From positions 152,954,001 to 153,018,000 of the forward strand of contig OX597814.1 of NCBI GenBank assembly GCA_951406725.2: DNA of 64,000 nt, given 5' to 3'. Both the position numbers and the translations under genes were made by a program. Numbering within the stretch: position 1 is the first letter of the stretch; each line of letters opens with the position of its first letter. This DNA comes from Octopus vulgaris (Eukaryota). The notes beneath the pieces are model-generated. The model worked only from the letters and a program-made list of their open reading frames with translations, did no database searches and was not told the DNA's origin. Below, piece by piece: positions 1-12,949 of the stretch.

Positions 1-32
1 ATCTTTGACATGCAAGACCATCATATATATGT

Positions 33-170
33 ACGAGGTCTGATCAATAAGTATCTGGACTGTTGCCTTAGTCATGAAGCTAAAGCACACAGATTGAATC
101 TGCTTGGCACAGACTGACTTCAGATTCTGCTGTGCATGTGCACTAAGTTTTAACTTTGAAGCAAATTTTT
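33..170. mobile_element. Tc1/mariner-type terminal fragment
   Basis: TA|CGAGGTCTGATCAATAAGTATC resembles a mariner TIR start; the other end was not found. Confidence 0.4.
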
Positions 171-964
171 GGCTGCTATTTCTAAAAGGTGAAGTGATCT
201 TGCAGAAGCTCTTCCATTGGTTGAGAATGAAAACATGTCAATCACAACAGCAGGCTGGATCCAAACATAAGAAACAATTTAAGAAAAAGAATAAAAGCAA
301 AATCTTAAATTGATGAATAAATTTGTTGAAGAAACTTCATAAATTGCAAATGGGGAAACTTTTACATGGTTGCTTGACCTTCTAGAAACAGTAGCAAAAT
401 CTCCTTTCAAATCACCACATACCAATATGCATGTCTTGTATATAAAAAAAACAAAACACAGTTACAAGCAGAGTGCTCTTCCTCATAGGAGTGCTCAATT
501 ACAGATGACCTAGGGTTAAACAGCAATTACACGGATATCTATAAGATTGTACTTTCCATTATATGTTCATAGTGATTGTATAAACAGAAATTTACTTTAA
601 AGTCAGTTAATTATGGTGATATGTTATGATTCTGGAGCCAGATGACTCATTAGTCAACAATCAGATAAAACAAGAATGACCTCACATAGCCAGAGACAAC
701 ACTGGTTACCATCATCACCACCACCACCTTGCTCCGCTGAGCTGTCTTTTGATGTCTGATTCATAAATCATATGAAGGAAAACCACAACTATTGTACACC
801 CTAACTAAACTCCAGAAAAGGAATTTTATGTCAGTCCTTACATCATTTCCATCACTGCCATTGAAATTGTGTTCAGTGTATAAGAATATCAAGGGAATAA
901 AACCAAAACTCTTCTATTCAATTACTTGTGAAGCAACAACAACTTACAAATTATTATTATATAT

Positions 965-1350
965 TTATTCTTTTAATGGTTTCAGTCATCAGACTGCAGC
1001 CATGCTGGAGCACTGCCTTCAAAGGTTAGTCAATCATACTGATACCAGCACTTATTTCAGTTTGGCATTTATTGATCCTGTTTTATGGAATAGTTTTACT
1101 ACTTTGGAGTAAAAGGACATAAAAGATAAAGATGTATCTTAAGTTATCTTTTACTTGTTTCAGTCATTAGACTACACCCATGTTAGGGTAATGCCTCAAA
1201 GAACTTTTTGTCAAATGAATAGAATAGACCTGAGTACCTTTTTTTTTTAAGCCTAGCACTTATTCTGTTGGTCATTTTTGCAAAACTGTTAAGTTATAGG
1301 GATGTAAACATACTAACACTGGTTGTCATGTGGCAGTGGGAGATAAACAC
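965..1350 (-). mobile_element. Two diverged 3' fragments of SINE family A
   Basis: GTTTCAGTCAT...GCCATGCTGGAGCAC tail motif occurs twice (~980 and ~1158). Confidence 0.6.
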
Positions 1351-1369
1351 AGATGCAAACACACACACA

Positions 1370-1575
1370 CGAGGGGGTGCTGAAAAGTTCCTGGCTTTGG
1401 GTAAAAGAAAATACAGGAAGATCAGTTAATTATGATTTTATTTAAGATATTCCTCTCTCGAATTATTACACTTATTACAGTGATCCTTCAGCTTTTTTAA
1501 GAACTCAGAAGCTTGGGCTTCCAACCAGGCCTTCTGCAATACCCTTAATGTCAAGAACTTTTTAGCACCCTCTTA
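1370..1575. mobile_element. ~210-bp mariner-type MITE
   Basis: Ends CGAGGGGGTGCTGAAAAGTTC / GAACTTTTTAGCACCCTC; homologous to 18759-18975. Confidence 0.75.
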
Positions 1576-1847
1576 TTTGTGTATGTGATTCCACTTTGTG
1601 ATGTTTTTATGCAAATTATTTACTAAACCATAATTAGTTTTATGAGTCTACTATTCAGTGATAATATAGGTATGTTGTCATATGTAAGATAAACAAAAAA
1701 AAATCACATGTCCAAATCAAAAGTTTCATTTAGTTGGTTTTACAGTCAATTGTACTCAGAGACAGGCTAGACAAGAAACAATTTGAAAACTTAAAAAACC
1801 ATATTCTATCAATACTGATCTCTTCCATGTGTTATGAAAAACCTATA

Positions 1848-2215
1848 GGTGCAGACATGGCTGTGTGGTAAGAAGCTTGCTTCTCAATCACATGGGTCCA
1901 GGTTCAGTCCCACTGCATGGTACCTTAGGCAAGTGTCTTTAACTCTAGCCGCATATTGAACAAAACCTTATAAGTGGATTTGGTAGGTGGAAACTGAAAG
2001 AAACCCGTCATATATATGTATCTATGTGTGTGTCTGTGTTTAACACCACCACTACTTAACTGGTGTTAGTGAATTTATGTCCTGTAACTTAGCAGTTCAG
2101 CCTAAGAGACTGATAGAATACGGAGTAGACTTGAAAATAAATTTTGGGGGTCAATTTGTTTGACTAGAACCTGCCAAGCATGACCAAAGTCAATTGGCTG
2201 AAACAAATAAAAGAT
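1848..2215 (+). mobile_element. tRNA-derived SINE family A, diverged full-length copy
   Basis: A-box TGGCTGTGTGG, B-box GGTTCAGTCCC, internal microsatellite, CTGAAACAA.TAAAAGA tail. Confidence 0.8.
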
Positions 2216-2840
2216 ATCAATACTGATCTTATCCCATGTATTACAAAAATAATGTCCTATCAATAATGATCTCTAACATCTTATACACATCAGAAACTCA
2301 GAACAGTAAACAATAGAAAATGTTCTAATTACATAGAGAAAAAAATTGTAGAATTGAAAAATATGACTTTTGTTTGAATTGTACAAATCAACTAAACTAC
2401 CAAGCAAATAAAATAAAAAAAAAGAAAGAGGAAAAAAATTCAAACTCACTCTCAGTTTTCCAAATCTCATCTTTCTTTTTGTAAACTTGTTCAATTGATG
2501 CTATGACGATGTCTAGATGTGAAGTAAGTGTTAGAAAAAGTTGATTGAATAAGGGTGAGAGGATTGTTTTAACAAGGTTATAAAAAGCAATGGCATTGCC
2601 GCTCAGTGTAGATATTAGATTTCATAATAAACCAACACAGCAGAAAAGCAACAATATTAATAGATTTAATAGGAAAATAATATTAAGCATTTGGAATTCT
2701 TTAAACAGGAACTAAGAAATTAGTCCCAAAACTTGCTGATGACAAAGATATATAGATAGTATGAAGATTCTATATTTAGGGTGTTATGGCAATGCACTGG
2801 CTATTTTGTTTAAGTATATTATTATTAATTATTATTGTTA

Positions 2841-2870
<30 letters not shown>

Positions 2871-2873
<3 letters not shown>

Positions 2874-3396
2874 TAGTTTTATTTTTATAGCGTGCTTTCA
2901 CTTCACTACCGAGCGCAGCTCTGTGTGCCTTGGGTATGTGCTGTGATTTGTTGTGATGCTCTGATGGTTATTGTATGGAAAGTGTTCTGCGTAGGATGTG
3001 TGCAGTGCCTAGTAGTGCAATTTTCTGTATGTTATATGTGTTTGTAAGTCCTGGTGTTTTTGTTATGTATTTGTCTGAATATTTTTTTATCATGCCTAAT
3101 GCACCTACTATGATAGGAATTGTTTCTGTTTTCAGGTTCCACATTCTAGTTACCTCTATTTCCAGGTCTTTGTATTTTGAGAGTTTCTCCATTTCTTTTA
3201 GAGACACGTTGTCATCTGCCGGTATTGATACATCAATTAGAAAGCATTTTTTTTCTTCATGATCTCTGACAACTATATCTGGTCTGTTGGCCTTAATTTC
3301 TCTATCTGTGTGTATCGGCATATCCCAGAGTATGGTTGCTTTCTCGTTTTCTGTGACCTTTTCTGGTGTGTGCTTATACCATCTTTTTTCTGTTGT
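2871..3396 (-). mobile_element. 5'-truncated non-LTR retrotransposon with restriction-like endonuclease (R4/Dong-like)
   Basis: Open frame ...KRWYKHTPEKVTENEKATILWDMPIHTDREIKANRPDIVV...FLIDVSIP...EKLSKYKDL...IPIIVGALG (PD..D..K RLE motif), stop at 2968, ~100-nt 3' UTR, (TAA)n on both flanks. Confidence 0.85.
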
Positions 3397-3620
3397 ATAT
3401 TATTATTATTATCATTGTTGTTATTATTATTGTTATTATTATTATTATCATTTCGCATGGTGGTTGGTCTAATATTGTTATATTTAATACAACCACCTAA
3501 TGAGCCAACGAAGGAAGTTTTTGTGCCGTGACATTACCTGCTAGAAATAACAGCCAGATCTCCCTCAGATCATACTCTAACGATCTTGAATAAGAAATTA
3601 GATAATGTAGTCCTATTACA

Positions 3621-3855
3621 TTGGCATATTTCGGTCATATTATGCGGAGAAAATCCCTGGAGAAGGACATCATGCTCGGAATGGTCAGTGACAAGAGAGG
3701 AAGAGGCCGACCAAGAACCCGCTGGCTTGACACCATCAAGAGGGATACCGAAATGGACATAGCCAATCTGAACGAAGGATAGAACTGACTGGAGAACACT
3801 GATCCAACGAATGACCGAGAGTCGACTTCGACTGAGCGGATAGAGAGAGAGAGAA
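3621..3855 (+). mobile_element. 5'-truncated RTE-clade LINE 3' end
   Basis: Translates YFGHIMRRKSLEKDIMLGMVSDKRGRGRPRTRWLDTIK; (GA)n tail; 10-bp TSD TCCTATTACA at 3611-3620 and 3856-3865. Confidence 0.85.
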
Positions 3856-4344
3856 TCCTATTACACTCCTAAACGACAGAATGATCACAGTAGGAATATC
3901 TCTGACCATCGGTTTGCTCAATCAAGGTCGATTAAGAGTGCCCACATGGTATCCGAAAACATTTTTTCAAAGAGAGGTGTAAAACTGCATTAGCCCCGCA
4001 CCCCGTTTTACGAGAAATATTGGTACTTTTGGTCACTCCCTCAACTACTAAGATTGTTTAACCCTCAATAAAACAACAAAAAAATGAAAAAATTAATAAA
4101 CATGAAAAGTGAAAGGAGGAAACATTGTTTTGAATCCGATAACATTTTTATAACAAATCGTACCATCCTATTGAAGAGGCCAACGTCAACAATGTGTTGA
4201 AGTATTAAATCAAAAATATCTAACTCTTTTAATCCAATCCCTTGTCTCCACATTAACTATTTTTTAATGGGAGTGAGATAACCAAAATGTACCATTTGCT
4301 GTATACAGTACTCAGGTTACTAAAAAACAAACAAAAGGCCAACA

Positions 4345-4565
4345 GGTGCATATGGTGTAGTGGTTCGGGCTACTAACCAAGATTCCGAGTTCGATTCCAG
4401 GCAGTGAGTAATAAAATCGGAAAAATACCGTAGGAATTAGAACCCAGGTTCGAAATTCCTCCAGAACACCTGATGAAGGCTGGAGAGTACATCAGCCGAA
4501 ACGTAGTATTAACAAAAAACAAAATGAGGACAAATATCCGTCAAATGTTTAACAATTAATAATAC
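4345..4565 (+). mobile_element. tRNA-headed SINE-like element containing a hammerhead ribozyme motif
   Basis: A-box TGGTGTAGTGG, B-box GAGTTCGATTCC (4387-4398), hammerhead core at 4465-4510, A/T-rich tail. Confidence 0.65.
4465..4510 (+). ncRNA. Minimal type I hammerhead ribozyme motif
   Basis: AACAC-CTGATGA-A-GGCTG(loop)CAGCC-GAAA-CGTA-GTATT: stem II 5 bp, palindromic ACGT stem III, stem I 4 of 5 pairs. Confidence 0.65.
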
Positions 4566-7500
4566 TAAACCATTACAAAAAAGAATATGTAAATTGGACT
4601 TCAGTGCATAGATAGAGGCCACACAACAACAAAAATCAGAAGTCACACCTTGGATGGTGCTCCGGCATATTCTGAACAGTGACTAACTATTTTTAGTCAA
4701 CTATTTCGTCTTTTATTTACATATTCATTTTTTAATATTAGTTGACTCATAGAATATGTAATATAAACGATTTCTATCTGCAACTAATCTTCAACTTCCA
4801 TTTCCGCTCTTGTTATTACAATGAGGCAGTGGAGTCAAAGGCACATCAGTGATGACTAAAATAATACATTTAATATATTTTAAATAAAACTGCAAAACTT
4901 GAGCAGGGATTAAAAACTTAACTAAAATATACTAATGAACTACGAAATTAATAATGAAGAAATATTAGTTGAATCACAAGATATTTATCAAACAAACTTC
5001 TACGTGTAACAGATCTTCTACTGCAATTTTCGCTCTTTCGTTATTGCAATTGTAGAGTTTATAACTAAATGCCCTATTGTATTTAGTATTAAATCCAAAA
5101 CCTGCAATCAGGACTATGTTAACAGCATTATAGGTTCCCATGCAAAGCAATCCATTGCGCGCCTAGACATGAGGAGACCCTACCAAGCAACCACCGAGTG
5201 TGTTCATGCCGTAAGACAGCAGTACCTGCAGGCATTTATTATACCTTTCATTCTTAAAAAAAATCAATAAAATAAACAAGCGCATACTGGAGGTAAGGGG
5301 AAGATTGATGCAATCAACGGAGAGTGCATGTATGTAGTCTCTAGAACAGTTAAAAATAGCAACCATATTACACCATACAGTCCTAAAAATATCGAAGGAC
5401 ACTTAAAACAAATGAAGTTTTAGATATACAAAATGATAGACAATAACAGCTGTAATAATGGTTTTGACCACAAATATGATCGACTAAAAAAAAAAAAAAA
5501 AAGGGAAAAACAACGCACTTATGATCACAACATAAATGTCGCATACAGACTAAACTGTATGACCACCCTACTGTAAAGCTGAATCGAGACATTTCGCTAT
5601 AAGCAAGCTACTCAATAACTTGCCTTAAATGAAAATTTTTTTTTTAATTAAAAAAATAGACTTGTCTTACATATTTCATGACTTGAGATTTTAACAAAAA
5701 AAAACATTTAGTAAGTTAACCACCTCTTCAGAAACCTTGTTGTTTTACTCATGCGGATTGTTTGTGTTATTTTGCCCGAGTCAACTTCATAGAGCAGGCC
5801 TGTTTCTAAAGACGTTCCACCGGGACCATCTCGTCTTTTCACGAGTATCTAAGAATACATTAACCAATGTGCCCTTCCTGTTTTTAAGACGAAGGTGAAA
5901 TTTAAAGATTTGGCTGCCATTTTTAGTAAGTCGAGCAACCATGTAGGGGCTCCCTTGTTGGCGCGCTATAAATGTGGTGCACCTGAGCACTGTATACAAT
6001 AATTTCATTATTGTTACATATAGATGTGGTGACTAAGCATGGCTGATTCTTTGTTAGCCATGATTTCATTGTATCATATGTCACGAAGAGTTCTTTAATT
6101 GTAAATGAAACTCAATAAGAGATTTAATTCAATGTGGTATTTAGTTGATTTTAATGAATATTTTTTCTAATTTAGGCGAAAGGATGGATACAAATGTTAG
6201 TATAATAGGCATTGATTCCAAATACTAGATAGATGATTTCTTACACTGGTGCAGGGTCACACTTGCGGGGAGTGTTGTAGATACAAGCGATTAAAAGCGA
6301 CACTGTTTACTATTGGTATATTCATTTATCAATCGCGAAATGAGAAAATGTTGAGTTTTATCCTGGCAGCTTTTGAATTCAAAAGTGTAGAGGAATGTCG
6401 CTAAATATTAATTACAAAGCAGTAAGTCTGGCTCTCAACCGCTTCGGCCAAATCGTTTCTAGTGTTAGGATTGGGCAGAGGGAATGTTTTAGGGAAGCGT
6501 TATGTATACTAAATACACTTAATGTAGAATTTCACATATGCAATGTAGTCAGAAGTTCTTCAACTTACTGTTATTGCATACGTGGGATCCTTTCTTTTCT
6601 ACTCTAGGCACAAGGCCCGAAATTTTGGGAGAGTGGGGAGGCAGTCGATTAGAACGACTTCAGTACGCAACCAGCACTTGATTTATCGACCCCGGCGGAA
6701 TTTAAACGCAGAACATAAAGGCATATGAGGGATTCTGCAACATTTCTAATATCGATACATAAGTGGAAAGAGTATCAGAAAAACAGGCGAGAGGTTAACA
6801 GTTTATATTACAAAATATTTTACTTCGCATGGATACAAGTCTGCGAGACAACGCTGAGAATCTGTGGCAAAAATATTTTCAACACTTCAATATAAGTACC
6901 ACATTGTTCATCACTCAACAAAGGCATCGTTGTAGATTTGATAAATGTTCCTCTGACTTAACACATTGCCGAATTCAACACACAATTGTCATTAAGTACT
7001 TAGTATTATTGGGTTCTAGTTAAAAACACAAAATACAGATGTAAAAAAAAAAAGATAGGATAGGAGAGAGAGAGGAACATGTCCAGAACATCAGATGATT
7101 CAATGAGGCAGAGATGTTGTATAATAGGTAAAAATGGAAGTCTTTCAGTCAACTACCTGCGTACCATAGGACTGCCGCGATCAGAGCTGGTCTACGGCTA
7201 CACAACAAAACAATATGCCTTAGTACACAATTGTAAAACTATTTTATAACCAGTTATTATGATAATTTTAGATAAAAGTAAGTTGATTCCCAAATAGATG
7301 AGATTCCGTAATTAATTCGATTCTATAAAAAAAAAGTTACACTTCAAAAGAAAACAAAATTAGCAACATGTATTTAAAATCCATGTGAAATTAATAAACA
7401 CTAGTTTACTTTAAGCTTGTTTTCATATCCACATGCAGTAATGCCGAGAATGTTTTAAAGTGTCTAATTAAACTTTTTAAAGGGTAACAATAGTTTCTCC

Positions 7501-8372
7501 AAGCGTAATGTATGATAGAGAGAGTGTGTGCATATCTAATAATTTATTTACTAATTTCTCATTTTTTTAATGTCCATTTACATACCGTTTACTTTAGCAA
7601 ATTATGTTCAGAAAGTAGGTTAAAAGTTGTATTTTATTGTTCGAGATTAATCTTATACTGATTGACAAATGTTTTCGTGTTGATCAAATACAAACTTTGA
7701 AAGTACTTTGGATCAGTGAAAAACATTAAAAAAAACAACACTTTTTTGTGATTATAAAATTAATCACAATTAATTACAATTTACCAGGTAAATTTAACAA
7801 AATACATATAAAATCGAAGTATAATTAACATTGCTACGCTGTTTTTTATATTGTTATTTTTTTTTTCTAAAATCAATTGTTAAAGTAGAGAAGAAACTTT
7901 GTACATCTAAAGTTTTTATAAACCCCAAACCTCAACTGTAAATTACATAACTAATAAAGTGTTAGTATAAGTAATCAATTACGAAGATTGTTGGCTAAGT
8001 TTCACACTTAGGAAAACAAAAATATGACTTTAAAATAAGAAAATAAGCGATTGTGAGCTTTTAATAAAAAATACCATGGAGTAAACTATGACAAAGCCTA
8101 TAAAGAGAAATGAATCCTATATTTTGCTCACATATAAAAAAAATTATATACAAATACTAACACTTCAGATTTATTTTAACTTTTAAATGAATTAAACATA
8201 TATGCAGAATTCATTTTACTAATTTACAATTCCATTAAATTTCAAAATTCGATTGTTAAATATGTAAGTCAAATTTTAAATAAAGTAAAACGAAAATACA
8301 GAAAAGACATGAAAAAAAAAAGATGAAATAATTCACGTAGAAATGTTACAAGTTGTAAAGAATAATCCTTAC

Positions 8373-8750
8373 CTTCCTTCGAATGTCAACACTAACTTGT
8401 TAGTATTAAGTTTGGGTACTGACGAAAGAGATTTTTGACGAATTGGAGAAAGAAAAGTTCGCCTGAGAAAGTGTTAACACTGAAAGGGTACGAAAGAGCA
8501 CACTGTAGTGAGACCACGATGACAACAAGAATAAATAGTATATTCAAATGAGGTCGCAGCTGCTGATTATATTTGTAAGTAGGGAGGGGCTTAAAGCGAG
8601 TGGAAATAGAACGTAATCAACAAGTGACCATTTGCAGCGCCGCTCGGAGACGGATATTTATTTGCTCGGCCCTCATTATGCATAATGTCCCACCTTAATT
8701 AAAACAGTTCAAATGACATTCACACGGAAACATAACACTTCCGGAACGTT
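8373..8750 (-). promoter_or_regulatory. Candidate promoter and non-coding first exon of a minus-strand gene
   Basis: Strong donor GAAG|GTAAGG at 8373/8372 (minus strand); repeat-free, locally CpG-richer region with ETS-like CCGGAAGT (~8740). Confidence 0.3.
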
Positions 8751-8883
8751 TTATCTTATTTATGTTTTTTTGATAACTGAAAATAAGTTTACGCCTTTGT
8801 TTTATTAATTTCATTACTACTGTATTTTATGTATGTATTTATATTTTACATAGGTTTTGGTAAACAATAATGAGTGACTAAGT

Positions 8884-9206
<323 letters not shown>

Positions 9207-9641
9207 CAGGGGAGGCAAAATTAGTAGCCGGGGCAAAATGAGTAACTTCTGATTTCTCGTTATTTTCTCCCTACTTGCTTGAAGTCATTACATTGCAAGT
9301 ATTGCATTAATATTTTGTATTGTCACATCATCTTTAGAATTAAAAATTAGCCCGCATAGTTTGTTGTTGAAGCTGAGAGTCCGAAACACAGATGGCAGGT
9401 CCTTCTTTTTTTCAATAAATTTTTCCTCGACTTTGGCGCGATTGTAATTGATGTTGTTAATAAAATATTTAGATAATTTTTGGTGTTTAACTGTCACTAT
9501 TCTTTTCTCTATTGGATGATAAGTCAATTTTTTCCCACACTAATGTCATATTTCCAAAACACATGTGTAAAACGGGGTAAAATGAGTAAGTGAGTAAATA
9601 TATTGCGAAGAGAACACTCCAGCAGATCGTGACGAACCTAT

Positions 9642-10062
9642 ACTCTTTTACTTGTTTCAGTCATTTGACTGTGGCCATGCTGGAGCACCGCCTTTAGTAG
9701 ATCGAGCAAATCGACCCAAGGACTTATTCTTTGTATGCCTAGTACTTATTCTATCGGTCTCTTTTGCCGAACCGCTAAGTTACGGGGACGTAAACACACC
9801 AGCATCGGTTGTCAAGCAATGGTGAGGAGACGAACACCAGACACATAAACATACACACATATATATATATGTATGTATGTATATATATACACATATATAT
9901 GAAGGGCTTCTTTCAGTTTCCGTCTACCAAATCTACTCACAAGGCTTTGGTCGGCCCAAGGCTATAGTAAAAGACACTTACCCAAGGTGCCACGCAGTGG
10001 GACTGAACCCGGAACCATGTGGTTCGTAAGCAAGCTACTTAACGTACAGCCACTTCTGCGCT
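9642..10062 (-). mobile_element. SINE family A, full-length
   Basis: Reverse complement of the tRNA-like head, body and tail shared with the 29518, 50226, 52798 and 56266 copies. Confidence 0.9.
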
Positions 10063-10519
10063 TATAGATAATATTTTATGTAGAGTTCTTTTTTTATTTA
10101 GTCGAATTTCGTTAATTTCATATCATGTGCTATTTTTCCCTAAGCCTCTTTCATTTGACCTAGATATTTAAAGTTTCTTTGTTTTGTTTTGTTTTGTATT
10201 TTTTTCATCTCTGATCTTTCTAATGCGTAGGGATGGATAGTGATGCGCATGAGTCTGTTCTCTGAATAATTGAAGCGGCAAATTTACCTAAACTTGACTT
10301 CCTCATCCCCCCCCCCCGGCCCAATTTGTCTTTTATATGCTCAAAGAGAATGGCAATAATTTTCTGAAATAGCATTTAGATTATGTTCTAATGTTTTTAA
10401 TGTATTTAATAAGGCTATTTGCTCAGCTGATATAGCTTTTGTAAGGTAGTGGTGAACATTTGTAAAAAATATATTTTGTCTCAAAGTAAAAAAAAAAATA
10501 TTACCTCATTTTGTATGTC

Positions 10520-10950
10520 TATGTATCAATGAATTTTGAAGAGACAGAAGCAGGTGGAAATCTGAAGGCGTAAGATCGGGTGAATACGGAGGGTGCGTCA
10601 AAACTTGCCAATCAAGCTCCAGTAATCTCTGCCACGACTACAAAGAAGTGCGCGGTCTAATATTTGTTTCTTTACTACTCACAAGGGGCTAAACACAGAG
10701 AAGACAAACAAGGACAGACTAACGGATTAAGTCGATTATATCGACCCCCAGTGCGTAACTGGTACTTAATTTATCGACCCCGAAAGGATGAAAGGCGAAG
10801 TCGACATCGGCGGAATTTGAACTCAGAACATAACGTCAGACGAAATACGGCTACGCATTTCGCCCGGCGTGCTAACGTTTCTGCCAACTCGCCGCCCAAA
10901 TATCGTATAATATTGTCGTGATGAAAACATTATGATTAACAAGTACTGGA
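10520..10950 (-). mobile_element. Inverted mariner transposase fragment interrupted by a SINE
   Basis: Reverse complement of 11680-11850 (HPPYSPDL region), split by the SINE B copy at 10663-10897. Confidence 0.8.
10663..10897 (-). mobile_element. tRNA-derived SINE family B
   Basis: Reverse complement reads GGCGGCGAGTTGGCAGAAACGTTAGCACG...GAGTTCAAATTCC followed by GCCTTTCATCCTTTCGGGGTCGATAAA; many copies in the window. Confidence 0.85.
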
Positions 10951-11029
10951 TGCACACACACACACACACACACATTTTTATTGAGTGTGCGCGCGCGTGC
11001 GTTTGTATGTATGAATGCCTGTATATACA

Positions 11030-12051
11030 TATAGAAACTTGCAGGAAGATATAGTCTGTGCACGGAGATGATGTTATGGAACGTGTGTACCAGAAGTGGT
11101 TGTCAAGATTTCGATCGTGAAATTTCTCGTCCCTCATCCTGGCTGGTCAACTGAGATAAACAACGATAAACTAGAGGAGTTAGTCGATACCAATCCCTTT
11201 TATTCGACTAGGATGATCGCTGATATTCTCCGAATATCCAAATTATATTTTGAAAACCAGCCGCATAAACTTGGTTGCCTGAGCAGGCGCAATATTTGGG
11301 TTCCACATCAACCGAATGAGGCTAACCTTGTCCAGCGGTTTTCCAACTGCGATTCGTTGCAGAAATGTGAAGGAAACGATCTTTTGACAAGAGAAGAAAA
11401 TAGACCGAATGGTGACAGGAAACGAAAAATGGATCGTCTTTAACAATCTCAAGCGCGGCGAGCCACCAAAAACAGCCTCCAAAATAAGACCCGAAAAAGA
11501 TTATATTTTCAATTTGGTGTTTTTTACGAGCTTCTTCCCACGGACAGGACCATCAGTCCGGGTGTGTACTATCCATCAGAAGTCACTAGCGTAGCCTACA
11601 GCAGACCCAAAAGTGCCGCCCTTTTAAAAGCGCCGCCCGGGACGGACCATTCCCCCAGCTACGCTAGGACCTGAAGCTTCCAGCACTTGTTAATCGTAAT
11701 GTTTTCATCACGTCAATGTTGGACCGCGCACTTCATTGTAATCGTGACAGAGATTACTGAAGCTTGATTGGCAAGTTTTGACGCACCCTCCATATTCACC
11801 CGATCTTACGCCTTCAGATTTCCACCTGCTGCGGTCTCTTCAAAATTCATTGAGTAGACAGACATGGAAGAGTTTTTCGTAAACAAAGACGGTAAATTCT
11901 TTAAGCACTGAATAATGGCTCAGCCCACAAGTTGGTAAATAATGCTAGAACGAAACGGTAATTATATCAGTGATTGAATAAATCGCTTTGTGCTTAAAAC
12001 TTGTGTCTTATTTTCGCTTAAAAAACGAACGGAGTCTTTGGTCAACCCAAT
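11030..12051 (+). mobile_element. Degenerate mariner transposon (frameshifted transposase pseudogene)
   Basis: Motifs WVPHQ, VTGNEKWI and HPPYSPDLTPSDFHLLRSLQN; TIR-like 3' end ...GGTCAACCCAAT. Confidence 0.9.
11585..11667. mobile_element. Tiny GC-rich MITE inserted in the mariner
   Basis: Inverted ends CTAGCGTAGC / GCTACGCTAG. Confidence 0.5.
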
Positions 12052-12122
12052 GTGTGTGTGTGTGTGTGTGTGTGTGTTACGTTAGAGCGCGGTCTACTGA
12101 GGTATCTGTAGTCTACGCAATG

Positions 12123-12282
12123 CATGCGCGGTCCCAGGAATTTTTCGAAGGAAGAGCACAAGGTCAGAAGGGAATACGATTCCAGGAGAAAAGGGCATAG
12201 TAACATTATTTAGAAGGGCACACTTCTTTTCTTGAGGGGGAACGTGCCTTCGGGTCCTCCCCCACCCTGGGGTCCGCCCATG
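12123..12282. mobile_element. Small MITE
   Basis: Ends CATGCGCGGTCCCAGG / CCTGGGGTCCGCCCATG, flanked by CAATG on both sides. Confidence 0.55.
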
Positions 12283-12949
12283 CAATGAAATGACCTGATC
12301 TGAGTTAAAGTTAGGGTCAAGGTTTAGGATTAGGGTTACAGTAAGTGTTAGACTGCACGCTGAAGTGTAAATGGCTACGTAGACCACAAGCTAAAGTGGC
12401 ACATATATATGGGTGGGGGGTATGAGATAGAGAGGGAGGAGAGAAAGAGAGAGAGAGAAATAACTGAGTGACCAGTAGTATGAATTGAACAATACAGATT
12501 AATAAAGGTATATTAAATACTACACAAGATAAATTCTTGATATGCTAATCACATATTTGCATCGGGAGGTGGAAGACAAAGGCCAGATAGCAAATGCGAC
12601 CGACTCTGTATGAGAAAGGAAATAATTTCAAGAATGAAGAATTCTCTGCAATTAACGTGCAGTTATGGAAATGACAGTTTGGAGTTTCTGGAAATAAAAG
12701 GACAACTATGGATATGTGTTTCTGTCTTAATACATATCATCAGAAAATCAATCGCCCTATCTTGACTCCAACAAACATATGAATTATATACAAAAAGAGT
12801 AGAAACATATATAACCTTCGATAATCTGCATAAAGGAAACTCAGAAGAGCAAGGAGAAATGACTCAGAGTGGATGGCAGCAGGAATTTGGACAACAAAGA
12901 CGGATAAGGGTGTATTAAATACTATACAAGATAAATTCCTAATTTATTA

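Noticed and set aside
2735-2765. CTGATGA hammerhead-like heptamer
   Set aside because: No stem II, GAAA or stem I arrangement.
9642-10062. SINE heads as tRNA genes
   Set aside because: A/B boxes are present but there is no cloverleaf, and they are attached to a repeat body and tail.
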